From Octopus vulgaris (lineage: Eukaryota): 64,000 nucleotides of DNA. Shown piece after piece: positions 11,537 to 24,469 of this stretch. The position numbers and the translations under genes are program-made. The stretch is taken from the NCBI GenBank assembly GCA_951406725.2, contig OX597826.1:21948001-22012000 (forward strand), given 5' to 3'. The notes below the pieces were generated by a model. That model searched no databases. It was given only the letters and a program-made list of their open reading frames with translations, and was not told the origin of the DNA. Each line of letters starts with the position of its first letter. The first letter of the stretch is position 1.

Positions 11537-12650
11537 GGATCTTTTCTGTTTGATGGACGGAATTTTCTAGTTAACTAAACAATTTGAAACTTCATATACT
11601 GGTAGAATGTGTCAAAAGAAAATATTATTGTAAACAAAATTGAAAACAAAATTGTAATTTGTAACTTAAACGTAGTTTAATTTTATGAATTTTAACCAAT
11701 GAAATCCCAGCATCTTCAAATTTTAACCAATGAAATCCCAGCATTGCTGCCTTATCGATATTGATAAAGAAATATAGCAGACGCATGACACACACACTCT
11801 CTCTCTCTCAAACACAGGCATATACATTTGCACACGCACATAGTAATTAATATATAAACGTTCACACACATACAAATGGACATATACATACACACACATA
11901 CGCACACAAGCATACATACACGTTCATGAGTTGCCCCTTGCCATAACAAATTTACACAAAAGGTAAATAAACCAGAAGTGGGGGGGGTCAATGTTTCATG
12001 GTTTCGGGGTTGATAAATTAAGTACCAATTACGCACTGGTGTCGAGGATTTTTTTGCCAATTTATATCACAGCTTCCAAGCTGGGGCATCCTTTTATGAA
12101 AAAATATTTCGCAAATTTTTACAAATGGCGGTGCCCCAGCATGGCCACAGCTCGTGAGCTGAAACTAGATAACATAAAAAATAAAAATAATACGACTCAC
12201 ACTCCACGCGCAAACTCTAGACCGATTTAGGCATATTATTGTTTTGTTTTTGTTGTTTCTGGCCCTTCAAAACCATGGGAGATGCCTTTTTGGAAAAAAA
12301 AAATAAGGAAAATATTCAAAAAATATCGTTAATATTTTTATTGGGCGACGAAATTCATCGATTTAAGAGATATAGCTGTTATTTCTAGCACATGTAGAAG
12401 ACAGAAGAGAGAGAAAGGATGAATAAGACGTGTGCGTGTGAGTTTTTAGACGCAGCAAATAATTTGATCTCGAATGCTGCGATTTCATTGGTTAAAATTT
12501 GTAGAATTAAACTACGTTAAAGTTACGAATTACAATTTTGTTTTCAATTTTGTTTACAATAATGTTTTCTTTTGACACATTATACAAGTATACGAAGTTT
12601 CAAATTGTTTAGTTAACTAGAAAATTCCATCCATCAAACAGAAAAGATCC
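11537..12650. mobile_element. GGATC-TIR MITE family composite: two facing copies of one end (about 170-bp inverted arms) around other repeats
   Basis: ggatcttttctgtttgatggacggaattttctagttaactaaac at 11537 and its near-exact reverse complement ending at 12650; similar to the 4535 and 58216 elements. Confidence 0.75.
11985..12185 (+). mobile_element. SINE remnant with LINE-type 3' end
   Basis: tttcggggttgataaattaagtacc central motif; 3' end ggcggtgccccagcatggccacagctcgtgagctgaaactag is nearly identical to the LINE end at 63571-63612. Confidence 0.6.
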
Positions 12651-12738
12651 AAATCGGATGGATAATAGGTATAGATGCAAGTCTATCTTGTCTCCTTCTA
12701 AATTCTAAAACCAGGCTTAACTTGGTCAAGGTGAGCTC

Positions 12739-12780
12739 GGATCTTTTCTGTTTGATGGACGGATTTTGTTAGGGGCCCCA
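12739..12780 (+). mobile_element. Third GGATC TIR (the other end type) of the MITE family
   Basis: ggatcttttctgtttgatggacgga, preceded by the reverse complement of the 9 bp flanking 11537. Confidence 0.7.
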
Positions 12781-13348
12781 TATCATAAAGATGTGGATGG
12801 GGAAAATGTGGGTAGAGGGTGATGTGCTAGCAACCCTCTCCCCTTACTGTTTTACAAAGTAAACAACAACACAAATAACTATGCAGAGGCAACCATGGTT
12901 GGAACAAAAAGAACAACAAGCATTATTAAAAGAGAAAAGAAGCATGGTCATTCCTTACTCAAGTGACCTTGTTATACGCTCATAAATCAGTTTGATAGTT
13001 GAGCTCTGATTGGTTGTATGCAAATGAGTTCATAACTGGGGTCCGGAACTCGCGTGGAAAAAAAATTTTGTAGCCCAGCTTTTAGCAGCCCAATTTAGCA
13101 TGGACCACACCCTGCCGTCTTAATAAAGACGACACAGATAAGAATGTAGTTCAAGGTAAGGGATTGGTCGTGGCTTAAATGCCGTGCTCAACAGCCACGA
13201 GGTATTCAGGTTTTACTGCTGGAAAAAGAATCTTTTCATAAGGAAGAATCTGTGTAGGCTTATAATTATTGCCTGGCCGCACAAATTTCTGTAAATGTTT
13301 ACAATTAAACTCTTGCGCTCTCTCCCCTTCTTTCCCTCCCTCCCTCCT

Positions 13349-13423
<75 letters not shown>

Positions 13424-14670
13424 GTCTGTCTGTCTGTCTCTCTGCAACAAGAAGCCTCTTGTTTTAAAACAGGGAGCACCTGAAGTGCTTAATAATTTTT
13501 TCCTCTACCTGAGACCTGAGAAAACTTCAGAAGCCTTGTACAAACATTCTGAACGATTACATATTAATTTAGCTATTTATTGACCTGCCTTCCCTATTAA
13601 AATAAAAACATATTCTAATTAGAAGTTCAGGTTAAATTTACTTCTTATCAGTTTGGGATTAGAGAAATGACAATTTTAAAGAGAATGGCCACAAAAATGA
13701 AAGAAAAATGTAAAAGCAGTTTTAAAATATACAATCATTGAACAAATTTTCTCAACTTCTACGAAACGGGGAAATTCAAATATGTTTTTCATGCAACAAG
13801 TCCAAATGAATAAATAAGAAATAATAGTTTGCATAAAACTGACTCTTAAACCTTGTAAGTGAACACAAAACAATTTCATAAGAGATGACACCAACAATTT
13901 TAATGTTCACTAGTTTTACGTATGAGTTCTGGTGTTTCAGTGAGTTCCCTATTTGAGCCCTGCCACTAATCAGACAGTGACATGAAAACCCTCAAACTTT
14001 AGGTTCTTCCTCGCAAATGATTAATCTACACTTCTGATTTAAAATCTTGTCAGAGGTGAAGGGTGGGCCTCAAATGATTATCCTTCCGGGATTAAAGAAA
14101 TAAGCGTTAATCCTAGCGATTTGTAAATTAAATAAGCTAATTATTAAAGGGATATTAATTTATTGTAATCGACTTCTGTGTCTACATCTTCACATCACTC
14201 TACAATTTTACCCTAAATACTCTTTATTTCTGTTTTACTTCCTTCCGTGTTCCTTCTAATTTTTTTTCTTTCTTTTACTTCTTCATTAACCACCTCCATT
14301 CTTTAACTCCCGTCTCTCCTCTCTTGATTTCTCTCTCATATAATTTCTCTTCCAAAATGTGCAGTCAGTCAAATTGCTTTTAAAATTTTCAGCAATTGTC
14401 AAATACATTTCAATAATTTAGTTTGCAATCAAATAACTTTCTATACAAGCAAAGATTATTTCAATAGAATTTATTTTGTAAGGTATTTAGCAGTTTTCTT
14501 TGTTTTTATCGTCCAATTCCATTGGTCTCCCTGAATTATTTCTCTCAGTTCATTTTTGTTCTATACATATACGCATGGCTGTTAATTTTGTGCCAAGTAG
14601 TCTTAACTCACTACACAGGTGCTAGGCTAGCCCAAGTTTCTTTCTGCTTTCTCTTTCTTTTTTTTTTCAG

Positions 14671-14730
14671 GTGAGAAAGTGCTGTGCACATATAAACTCA
14701 CACTGTCATACTTACACAATATGCCCACTG
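14671..14730 (+). CDS. Candidate 60-nt internal exon of an unidentified host gene (phase 1-1, GEKVLCTYKLTLSYLHNMPT)
   Basis: Long polypyrimidine tract ending ttttcag at 14670, GTAAGA donor at 14731, open frame, length divisible by 3. No recognisable homology. Confidence 0.3.
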
Positions 14731-15319
14731 GTAAGATAGAATGAAGGCTTCTGAGCTTGTATGAGAATGCAGTTGTCAAAGTGGAAGAAGGAATCTGCAG
14801 ACCTTGCAGTACTGTCAAAACTTGAGTGCAAGGTCATAAATCATCGTTCCAGATGTTTACTCTGCATCATGGAGCATAGGGAGGGCCAGATATTGGTAAA
14901 GTATAACCCCCATACATACCTGGCTTCAGATTTTCTGTAGGGGTTTACTCCTCTAGCCTTTTTTTAAACACTCAATAAACTATCCCACAAGGCAGCTGGG
15001 CTTTATTATTGTAGTGGGTATGATTTGTGCAGAGTCAGTCCCATTCTCTTGTCCTCCAAACTTGTACTAATCTGGAGCAATTAGTGCCACAAGCTTGGTG
15101 GTTATCAGGGTGCACAATTTTTATGGAATTGCCTTCTCTTTAATGAGCAGCTAAAGAGCTGAAGGGCCACTCTATATATAAGGTCTGTGGTTTCCCCATA
15201 CCAAACAAAACATTACAAGAAACATCCCAGAGAGCAATCGCAAATAAATAAATTTCCTTTTCTCCAACACAGCTATGAGCAATACATTTTCACAATGTGA
15301 AGAATGAATATATACATAA

Positions 15320-15373
<54 letters not shown>

Positions 15374-15867
15374 TGCTGGACTGGATCTAAAAGTATTGGT
15401 TGCCAAGAGACAAAGGGAACCCACCTGCAACTACAACACTAACATTTCATTTTTATAACAAATAAATAAAATTTTCAAGAATTACATAACCGAAAACAAA
15501 AAAACAAAATGTACTGATTAGAGTGCACATGCACTGTACATATTTCTGGCAGTATACAGTAATACCAAATGTAAATAAAGAATATTATAATCGAATTTTT
15601 AAATAAATATTTTGGTGAATATTATGGTACACTGTTATTTTGGAAGTATACTGTTATTTTGAGAATTTTTAACCAAAGTGAAAATAAAGTCTATAAATAT
15701 CTGGACACATCTCAGTGAACCATAATTCCCTACTTGAATGGGCATGATATTATGTCTTAACATATTCTCTCAAATGGTGCTTTTAAGTTAGAAATGGCTT
15801 TGGCCAATTTTGGCTAAAATATATCTAAGTTTCTTTTATCAAAATTTTATGTAGTATAATATACAAG

Positions 15868-16260
15868 TGATGCAGGTATGGCTGTGTGGTAAGAAGTTTG
15901 CTTCCCAACTACATCGTTTCGAGATCAATCTTTCTGTGTATCACCTTGGGTGAGTGTCTTCTTCTGTAGCCCTGAGCTAACCAAAGTCCTGTGAGGGAAA
16001 CTGAAAAAAGCCTGTTCTATATATGTATATATCTATGTGTGTGTGTGTGTCTTTGTGTTTGTCCCCCCCTCCCACCACTCCACAACTGGTGATGGTGTAT
16101 TTACATCCCTGTAATTTAGCGGTTTGGCCAAGAAGACCAATAGAATAAGTACTGGGTTTAAGAAATTAAGTGCTAAGGTTAATTTGTTCGACTGAAATCC
16201 TTCAAGGTGGTGCCCCAGATAGGCCACAGTAAAATAACTCAATCAAGAAAAAGATAAAAG
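15868..16260 (+). mobile_element. tRNA-derived SINE, older copy
   Basis: Colinear with 6338-6753 from the A box to the ggtggtgccccag...aaaagataaaag tail. Confidence 0.8.
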
Positions 16261-16552
16261 ACCTATATATATATTATTTAAAACTGCTTGATTCAGTTCT
16301 GTGCTACTTCAACTTTGGCAGGCTCCCAACAGAAGCCCAACTCTTCTGGAATGCCAAATGAAGAAATTCAGGAAGTCCAAGATTGCCACCAGAAAGATTA
16401 AGCTGCTATTGTTCAAAGAGAGTCACATGGTGTTGTAGCGAATTATGGTAATTCCTTAAAGACATCAATTTCATCAGAAAGGTGAATTTCTTTGACTGTT
16501 TGGTTGGACTGAAAACTAGTGGTATATTTATATATATATATACACACACACA

Positions 16553-18860
16553 CAGGGTGCAATGGGTAAATTGTCGCCATTTTATACTTTTAATTTTGTG
16601 CATGTACATTGTTTGTTTTTGATTTTCCCAACTACACACTATAGTAGGGTCAGTTGGGCACCATCTGTGAAAAAAGCAGCACCATAACACAATTCACTCT
16701 GCCAGAAATTTGGAAACGACATGTTGTACAGCTTGGCATTCACACTGGAAGCTCCAATACAAACATTTCAGAGTATTTGGGTATCAATCTGAGTAGAGTG
16801 AAGAGGATTTTATTCTCTATTCTTCCAATTCTGTCTTGACAATGGTGGTACTCCAGAGCAGTGGAAAACTGCCAGTGTTATCCCTCTGTTCAAAAAAGGT
16901 GACTGCACATCGCCTGTCAACTATCACCCCGATAGTCTTACTAGCTGCATCGCCAAACTGATGGAATCCTGTGTCAGGGAAACCCTCTGGAACTTCTGGA
17001 AGTCTCACAGCCTCATCCAACTGTCACAATTTGGATTTATTCCTAACTCCAGCTGCTGTAATCAACTCATCGAGTTTCTTGAGGACATTACCCAAATCAC
17101 TGATCGCGGATCCTGGGTGGATGTTGTTTACCTGGACTTTGCTAAGGCTTTTAACTCTGTGCCACACAAAAAACTTATGGTGAAACTCTCTGCATTGGGC
17201 GTAAGAGACGAACTCCATAACTGGTTGAAGTCCTTTATTTTCGGCCGAAAAGAGGTTGTCACAGTTCTAGGACAGCACTCTTCACCCTATGAGATGACAT
17301 CTGGTGTACCACAGGGATCTAGTCTTGGCCCCCTTTTATTTGTTGCATATGTTAATGACATATAAAGGACTTCAACCAGTTATGGAGTTCGTCTCTTACG
17401 CCTAATGCAGAGAGTTTCACCATAAGTTTTTTGTGTGGCACAGAGTTTAAAGCCTTAGCAAAGTCCAGGTAAACAACATCCACCCAGGATCCGCGATCAG
17501 TGATTTGGGTAATGTCCTCAAGAAACTCGATGAGTTGATTACAGCAGCTGGAGTTAGGAATAAATCCAAATTGTGACAGTTGGATGAGGCTGTGAGACTT
17601 CCAGAAGTTCCAGAGGGTTTCCCTGACACAGGATTCCATCAGTTTGGCGATGCAGCTAGTAAGACTAACGGGCCGATAGTTGACAGGCGATGTGCAGTCA
17701 CCTTAAAGAATGCCACAGTGCTGAAATATGCAGATGACATCAAGCTGTACCTCGAAATAAAGAGGTCAGATCCTGTACACTATAGATCTCTATTGCAAGC
17801 AGACCTGGACACAATGCAGCAGTGGATCATGGATTGGCAACTCAAGCTGGCTGTGGACAAATGTACAACCATGCATTTTGGGAGGAGAAACCCAGCGTCC
17901 ACTTACTCCCTCCACAACACTAATCTCAAAAAGTCTTTGTGTGAACATGACCTGGGTCTTATTGTCGACAGCGATTTGCGTTGGACAAAACACATCGCCA
18001 AAATTGCCAAGAAGGCTGAGGGTGTCTTGGCATCACTCACCAAGTCCTTTGTGAGCCGCTCTCCAGCTATCTATCTGCGGCTTTATATAGCTATGGTAAG
18101 ACTTCACCTGGAATTTGCATCACCGGTCTGGAACCCCTATCTTGCCCAGGATATTAATCGTCTGGAAGCCGTTCAGCGACGTGCAACCAAAAGAATACCC
18201 TCTATCAGGCATCTGCCATATTCTGAATGCCTTACTTCCCTGGGCATGAACACATTGAAACTCCGATGTCTGGCAGCTGACTTGGCAGACACCCATAAAA
18301 TTATCAACCATCTTACAATCAATAACTCTGAGCACCTTTTCAAACTCCACCCGTCTAACACCCGTGGACATATTTACAAAGTCAGAAAACAGCGCAGCTC
18401 CCATGACTTTAGGAAACATTTTTTCACGCTGAGAGTTGCTGAAGCATGGAACAAACTGCCGGCATCACTTGTTAGTTGTCGGAGCACTGCATCCTTCAAA
18501 ACTTCCATGCTTCCTGAGATTCGCCAACACTACACCTGATTTTCTCCCCTCCATACACACACAAGCATGTATCTGACTTACACAATGTTCGCTTTTCAGA
18601 CATTTGTACATTACTGCATATACTTTATACGCACTTTCTGACAAGTTGTGGTGCACCTGAGCACTGTATACAATAATTTCATTATTATTATAGGATTCAG
18701 AAGGAATTGGACAAGTCTAATAGTGATTATGAAGGTACAGCAGCTCAGAAAATTCACTGTGGTCATTCTGATAAGAAAAGAACTGAATTTTTTGGTGAGA
18801 TCCAGGCAATGATTGACGATCCGTCCAAGTCACTCAGGTCCATCGCCAGGACATGGGAAT
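16553..18860 (+). mobile_element. Tc1/mariner-like transposon 5' fragment (16553-16809 plus 18692-18860) split by a CR1 insertion
   Basis: Starts CAGGGTG after a TA/CA tract. The joined peptide ISEYLGINLSRVKRI|QKELDK...KKRTEFFGEIQAMIDDPSKSLRSIAR resembles paired HTH domains of a transposase N-terminus. Confidence 0.6.
16810..18691 (+). mobile_element. 5'-truncated CR1 LINE with an internal inverted duplication
   Basis: VYLDFAKAF, GVPQGS.LGPLLF, YADD, LE.VQRRATK and FF..RV...WN.LP motifs; (ATT)n tail; TSD AGGATT at 16804-16809 and 18692-18697. Confidence 0.92.
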
Positions 18861-19256
18861 ATCCTTTGATCTTTATTTTTATTTTACTTTCACTCTCATT
18901 CTTTGTATTTTCATTACTTATCCTCTTCCTTTCTTTTCACAACCCCATTTTTTCTCTCTGACCTATCTGCCTATCGTGATGTTTGTCTCTCACACGATAC
19001 ACCTATGTGGACTATTTTTCTTACAAGCTAACCACTTGATCTGAATACACACATTCAATCTGAATACAACATTAAAAATAATGCCTGGATTCACCTGGGA
19101 TTATACTTGAGGGGGTTATACCTTCATGGAAGTACAGACCCTTTGGAATAAGATGAGCTGTGAACTTTATTCTCCTGTCTTTTTTCTTCTTTCTATTGTT
19201 TATATTCTTTTATATACTGTGAACTCTCTGTCTGGAACTTATCTGCATACGCATCT

Positions 19257-19334
19257 TGTCTCTGATGACAGAATGCCCAGTGTATGGAAGTGCTGAACCA
19301 TCACCTGGGATATCCCAGAAACAGCTGTAAGACA
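19257..19334 (+). ncRNA. Minimal hammerhead ribozyme motif with long stem II
   Basis: UGUCU-CUGAUGA-[49 nt with cccag..augg/ccau..cuggg pairing]-GAAA-CAGCUG-UA-AGACA. Intact core, 5-bp stem I, palindromic stem III, GUA site. Confidence 0.65.
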
Positions 19335-19709
19335 TTAATTACTTCTACTTCTCCATTTCTGATTCACCTTACTCTAATGAAATATTCTGAATGACCTGAG
19401 ATACTCGTCCTTCCTTGGATTTGTTGTCAATTTTCTTCTAATATATACCTGCTGACTCAGAAACCTACTATGGATCCCTAGCTCCAGCCTCAGCTGTGAA
19501 CTTGGAACCTAATGAATGACCAATTATAACACTTAAGCAGCGTACCTATTGGTTTTGATCATTAGAGGACTAAATCCCTCATATTCTACACACACACATG
19601 TATACAAATACACACACATATATATATATATATTAATCAAAATAAAGTATATTAATCAAAATAAGTATATTAATCACAGTTCTCTTCAACTATCAAGTAT
19701 TCACCCTGA

Positions 19710-19752
<43 letters not shown>

Positions 19753-19754
19753 CA

Positions 19755-20152
19755 CTCTTTTACTTGTTTCAGTCATTTGACTGCGGCCATGCTGGAGCAC
19801 CACCTTTAGTTGAGCAAATCGACCCCAGGACTTATTCTTTGTAAGCCTAGTACTTATTCTATCGGTCTCTTTTACTGAACCGCTAAGTGACGGGGACATA
19901 AACATACCAGCATCGGTCATCAAGCAATGCTAAGGGGACAGACACAGACACACAAACATACACACACACATATATATATACATATACACAATGGGTTTTT
20001 ATCAGTTTCTGTCTACCAAATCCACTCACAAGGCTTTGGTCGGCCCAAGGTTATAGTAGAAAACACTTGCCCAAGGTGCCACGCAGTGGGAATGAACCTG
20101 GAACTACATGGTTGGCAAGCAAGGTACTTACCACACAGTCACTCCTGCACCT
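19755..20152 (-). mobile_element. tRNA-derived SINE, full length
   Basis: Colinear with 6338-6753. Confidence 0.85.
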
Positions 20153-20214
20153 GTCTAGATATATATATATATATATATAAATACACACACCTATAGTGAT
20201 TCTTCAAAGAAGGA

Positions 20215-22219
20215 AGCTTGAAGCTTGGAAGTGCCACTATGAAAGATTACTAAATGTAGGGAATGTATGGGAGAAGGAGAGCCTGCCTAACGTGGATCCA
20301 ACAGAGGAGCCAGCTATCTGAATCGACAGTAGCTTCATAGGTAAAACAATTAAGGATATGGAGACAGGGAAAGTCCTGGCCTGTCAGGAATCACTGCTGA
20401 AATGCTTAAAATATCTGGCAGAGTGAGATATGACCTAATCACCCATATAGTTAATCAGGTTGTCCATGAGGAAGTCATACCCAATGATTGGTATAGCAGC
20501 ATTATATTCAACTGCTACAAAGGCAAGGGTGATGCTCTGGATAGAAATAATTACAGAGGCATCAATTTGCTGGATCAAGTGTTGAAAATTGCAGAAAGGA
20601 TCATGATTAATAAGGAAGAGAGCACAGATGAGATGCAATTTGGGAGAAGTACCACCAATGTTATTTTCAACAACTGGAGAAATACTTGGCCAAAAATAAA
20701 CCTCTGTATCTGGATTTTGTTGACATGGAGTAAACCTTTGTCAGGGTCCCCTGCTTCCTTATTTGGCAGGCAATGTAGAAGCTAGGAATAGATGAGTGTT
20801 TGGTGGGAGCTGTGCTGCAAGCCATTTACAGGGATGCTGTTAGTAAGGTGAGAGTCACCAATGAGCATAGCAAGTCCACCAGGGCTTCCTTCTTAGTCCC
20901 CTCTTGTTTATCACACCCCTCCAAGCTATAACTGAGGAATTTAAAACCAGCTGCCCTTGAGAGTTCCTCTATGCCAATGAGACCTTGTTCTTAATGCTGA
21001 ATCACTACCAGAACTAGAGAAGAAATTTCAGGTGTGGAATTATGGACTGGAATCAAAGGGCCTTAGAGTTAATCTAGCTAAGACCAAAGTATTGATAAGT
21101 AGGAAAACAAACAAATCACTATGCCTTGGGCTAACTTGATATATATAGCAGGGGAGAACCTCCATACAGTTTACTCAGTTCAAGCTATGGACACATAAGA
21201 AGTGCAATGGTATAACTGGAAGACTAACAGAGAAAGTAGTCTTTACATGTGGCAGATATGCAGGGACATTAAACACCAAGAATGTACAAAAGTTAACTTC
21301 CCTCAAATGTCGGGGGGAGGGGGTTCTTAGAAGTAGTAAGCAGTTTCCATTACTTAGGTGACCAAGTTAGTAGTAGTGGGAAGTTGTTCTGAAAGCATAG
21401 CTGCTAGAATAAGAATAGGCTGGGTGAAGTTCAGAGAGCTCCTACCTCTGTTAGTAACAAAGGGCCTCTCCTTCAGAGTGAAAGGCAGACTCTACGATGC
21501 CTGTGTATGAACAGTTATGCTAGATGAGAGTGAGATATGTGCTATGACTACTGAGGCTATGCAAAGGCTTAAAAGAAATGAAGCCAGTAAGCGCCACTGG
21601 ATGGGTAATGTCAGTATGCATACATGACAGATGAAGTGATTTGAGAAAAAAACTGGGTATATGAAGCATCAGATGTAATATGCAAGAGGAAAGAGACTGT
21701 GCTTGTACAGTCATGTAATGCATATGAATGAGGACAGTTGCATCAAGAGGTACCGATCTCTAATTGTGGAGGGAACATGTGGAAGGGGTAGACCCAGGAA
21801 AACGTGGGACAAAGTGGTGAGAAAGGATCAACAGACTCACAGAGGGGATGGCAAAGGACCAAAACTCCTGGCAGTTTGTTGTGCATGAAAAGAACATCAA
21901 GCTAAGTAAAAGCGTGGTTGTCCTTGCATAAAGGCATGTCTCCATGCATCCCTCTCTAACTGAACATTCTTAATTCTTGCAGGTTTGTGAGTGCTGGTGT
22001 CATGTAAAAAGCACTCATACTGCTGCCATGTAAACGTACCCCTGCAAGTGCTGTGTAATGGCACCCAGCATACTTTGTAAAGTGGTTGGTATTAAGAGGG
22101 CATCCAGCCATAGAAATCATGCCAAAACAAACATGGAGCCTGCCCAGCTCCTGTCAGGACCATCCAACCTATGCCAGCATGGAAAGCAGATGTTAAATGA
22201 TGATGATGATGATGGTGAT

Positions 22220-22220
<1 letters not shown>
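20215..22220 (+). mobile_element. Older, degraded RTE LINE related to 8203-10440
   Basis: NCYKGKGDALDRNNYRGI and GTCGRGRPRKTW motifs; many stops and frameshifts; shared 3' end and (GAT)n tail. Confidence 0.88.
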
Positions 22221-22275
<55 letters not shown>

Positions 22276-23875
22276 AATTCAACAGATGTGATCCAGAAAT
22301 GCTCAATATAGAAAACACTTAATAGTGCTCAAAGTATTTGAACTTAAACACCAAAATCTTTATTGATGACTAAGTCTGTTGGGCAAAGAGTGGCTATAAG
22401 AGGATTTCAGATGAGCTGATATGGAAATAATGATCCAAATAAACATGCTTGGATTTGATATATAAAATATATATAAATATATACATGTAAATATATTTAT
22501 GGGATTTATAGAGAGAGAGAAGCAAAAACTGAAAATATTCAGAAGATGAATGTTCACGTATAAGCCAAAAGATATTTATATATTTACAGAACAGATTTAC
22601 ATGGAGTGCAAAAGATACAAAAAACTAAGGGGAGAGGGTATGGTACACACACACACACACGTCTGTGATTGGATGTTCTCAATGCATCAGTTGTCTGATG
22701 TTTGCTCACCAAGCTGACCCTAATGGGTGCATCTACTGATTGCATTGACAGTGTGCATGTGTTGCACAATACTGAAACATATATAACAGATAGAAGTACT
22801 AAGTGAATGCCCATACTCCTTTTCTCTTCTATGTAGATGGCAATGGTGCATAATAGATGTGCTTAGCATGAAGAGTACACTCACATTTAAGGGAAAATGA
22901 GTGAACTTAAGTAATGGTCCCTATCAGACAGGATTACCTGTTGGATGGACGAGAATATCTACATTGTCTGTGAATGATGGTATTGATTTAGAAAGGAAAT
23001 AAAGTTTAATCATTGAAAGGGAATATCAGATCATGAAATAGGACCCTGAAGGGCATTATTATCCATGAAAACAAAACAGGGTTTAACTGAGAATTAATGC
23101 TAGATAAGAGGATTGTTTTCTTGCCCAGAATTAATAAAAGGGAAATATTTCAAGGATTAAAAAAGTAAAACAGCAGTTTTACATAACTTCTCTTACTGAC
23201 AGACATATTGGATAGTAGTAGTAGTAGTGGTGGTGGTGGTGGTGGTGGTGGCAGCAATTTTCAGGACATTTGCTACACTTTGATACACAAATAGTAGACA
23301 CAAATATAGGACCCCTGTGCAGCTGTGTGGCCTGCCAGAAACAGTAGCCAAATCTTCAAATTGTCTACCCTCTAAAAAAGAAAAAAAGAAAGGAGTAGGA
23401 CTGTATATCCAGGGTATTTTAGTCATGGATACATTATAATTTAACCTTTTGGAGTCTTGCTAGTTCACACTGTCCCACTGTTTTTCAGAATTTATTTCTG
23501 CATGGTGGGTCATTTTAAATTACATCTCTTAAAATAAAGGTAACTAAAATATTTGGGTTAATATTGTTAATTAAGCACCAGGCTTAATACCAGATTCCAC
23601 CGTTAAAAAATATTAGTCAATAAATTAGTCAGCAAATAAAGGGCTGTGCAGGTCTTCCTCCCAGACAGAGGACATTGATTCAGTTCCAGTGCCTTGCCTG
23701 AACATTAAATGATCAATAGAAATGCAGCAGAGAGTGGGGACGGCGAGGGGCGGAGTTCTAAATGCTTACAATAAGATCAACTCCTCTATAAGCACCCAAG
23801 AACCAGGTCTCAGTTCTCTACCCAGGCTAAACAAATATTATTCAAGAAATCAAGTTACAAGATGCAATGCTTTAA

Positions 23876-24190
23876 TCATCATCATCATTTAATGTCCACT
23901 CTCCATGCTGGCATGGGTTAAGCAGTTTGACTAGAGCTGATGAGTCGGAGAGCTACACCAGGTTCCAGTCTGATTTGGCATGGTTTCTACAGCTGGATGC
24001 CATTCCAAATGCCAACCACTCCAGGAGTGGAGTGGGTGCTTTTATGTACCACTGGCATGGGTGCTATTTACATGATACTGGCAACAACCATGACTACAAT
24101 TCACAGGTGCAGTGACCACACCCACAATACACAGGTGCCATTTACATGGTACTGGCAATGACCACGACCCATGGGTGCCTTTCACATGGC
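23876..24190 (-). mobile_element. RTE 3'-end fragment or RTE-tailed short element
   Basis: Matches the RTE 3' UTR (ggcatccagctgtagaaac...catgccagcatgga...(GAT)n). Confidence 0.7.
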
Positions 24191-24402
24191 ATCATTCTCA
24201 CTCTTTTACATCGAAACACATCCTTAATGGTTGAATGAAATTCTTTGTTGTTGAGTGTTTAAAAATAAAACGTATGTGCAATCAGGAACATTTTTTTATC
24301 CTAAAATCCTGTTTTAAAGCTGAAAAGGTCTTAGCTGGAACAGCTCTGATAATTTTGATCAAAGGTCCAGTCCACTGTTGCTCACCTAGGGCTAAACAAA
24401 AA

Positions 24403-24435
<33 letters not shown>

Positions 24436-24469
24436 TAGTAGTAGTTGGTTCCATTGTAGTAAGGATCTT

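Noticed and set aside
17580-18539. 319-aa ORF with a novel-looking N-terminus
   Set aside because: The N-terminus is antisense CR1 sequence from the inverted duplication, fused by chance to the RT C-terminus.
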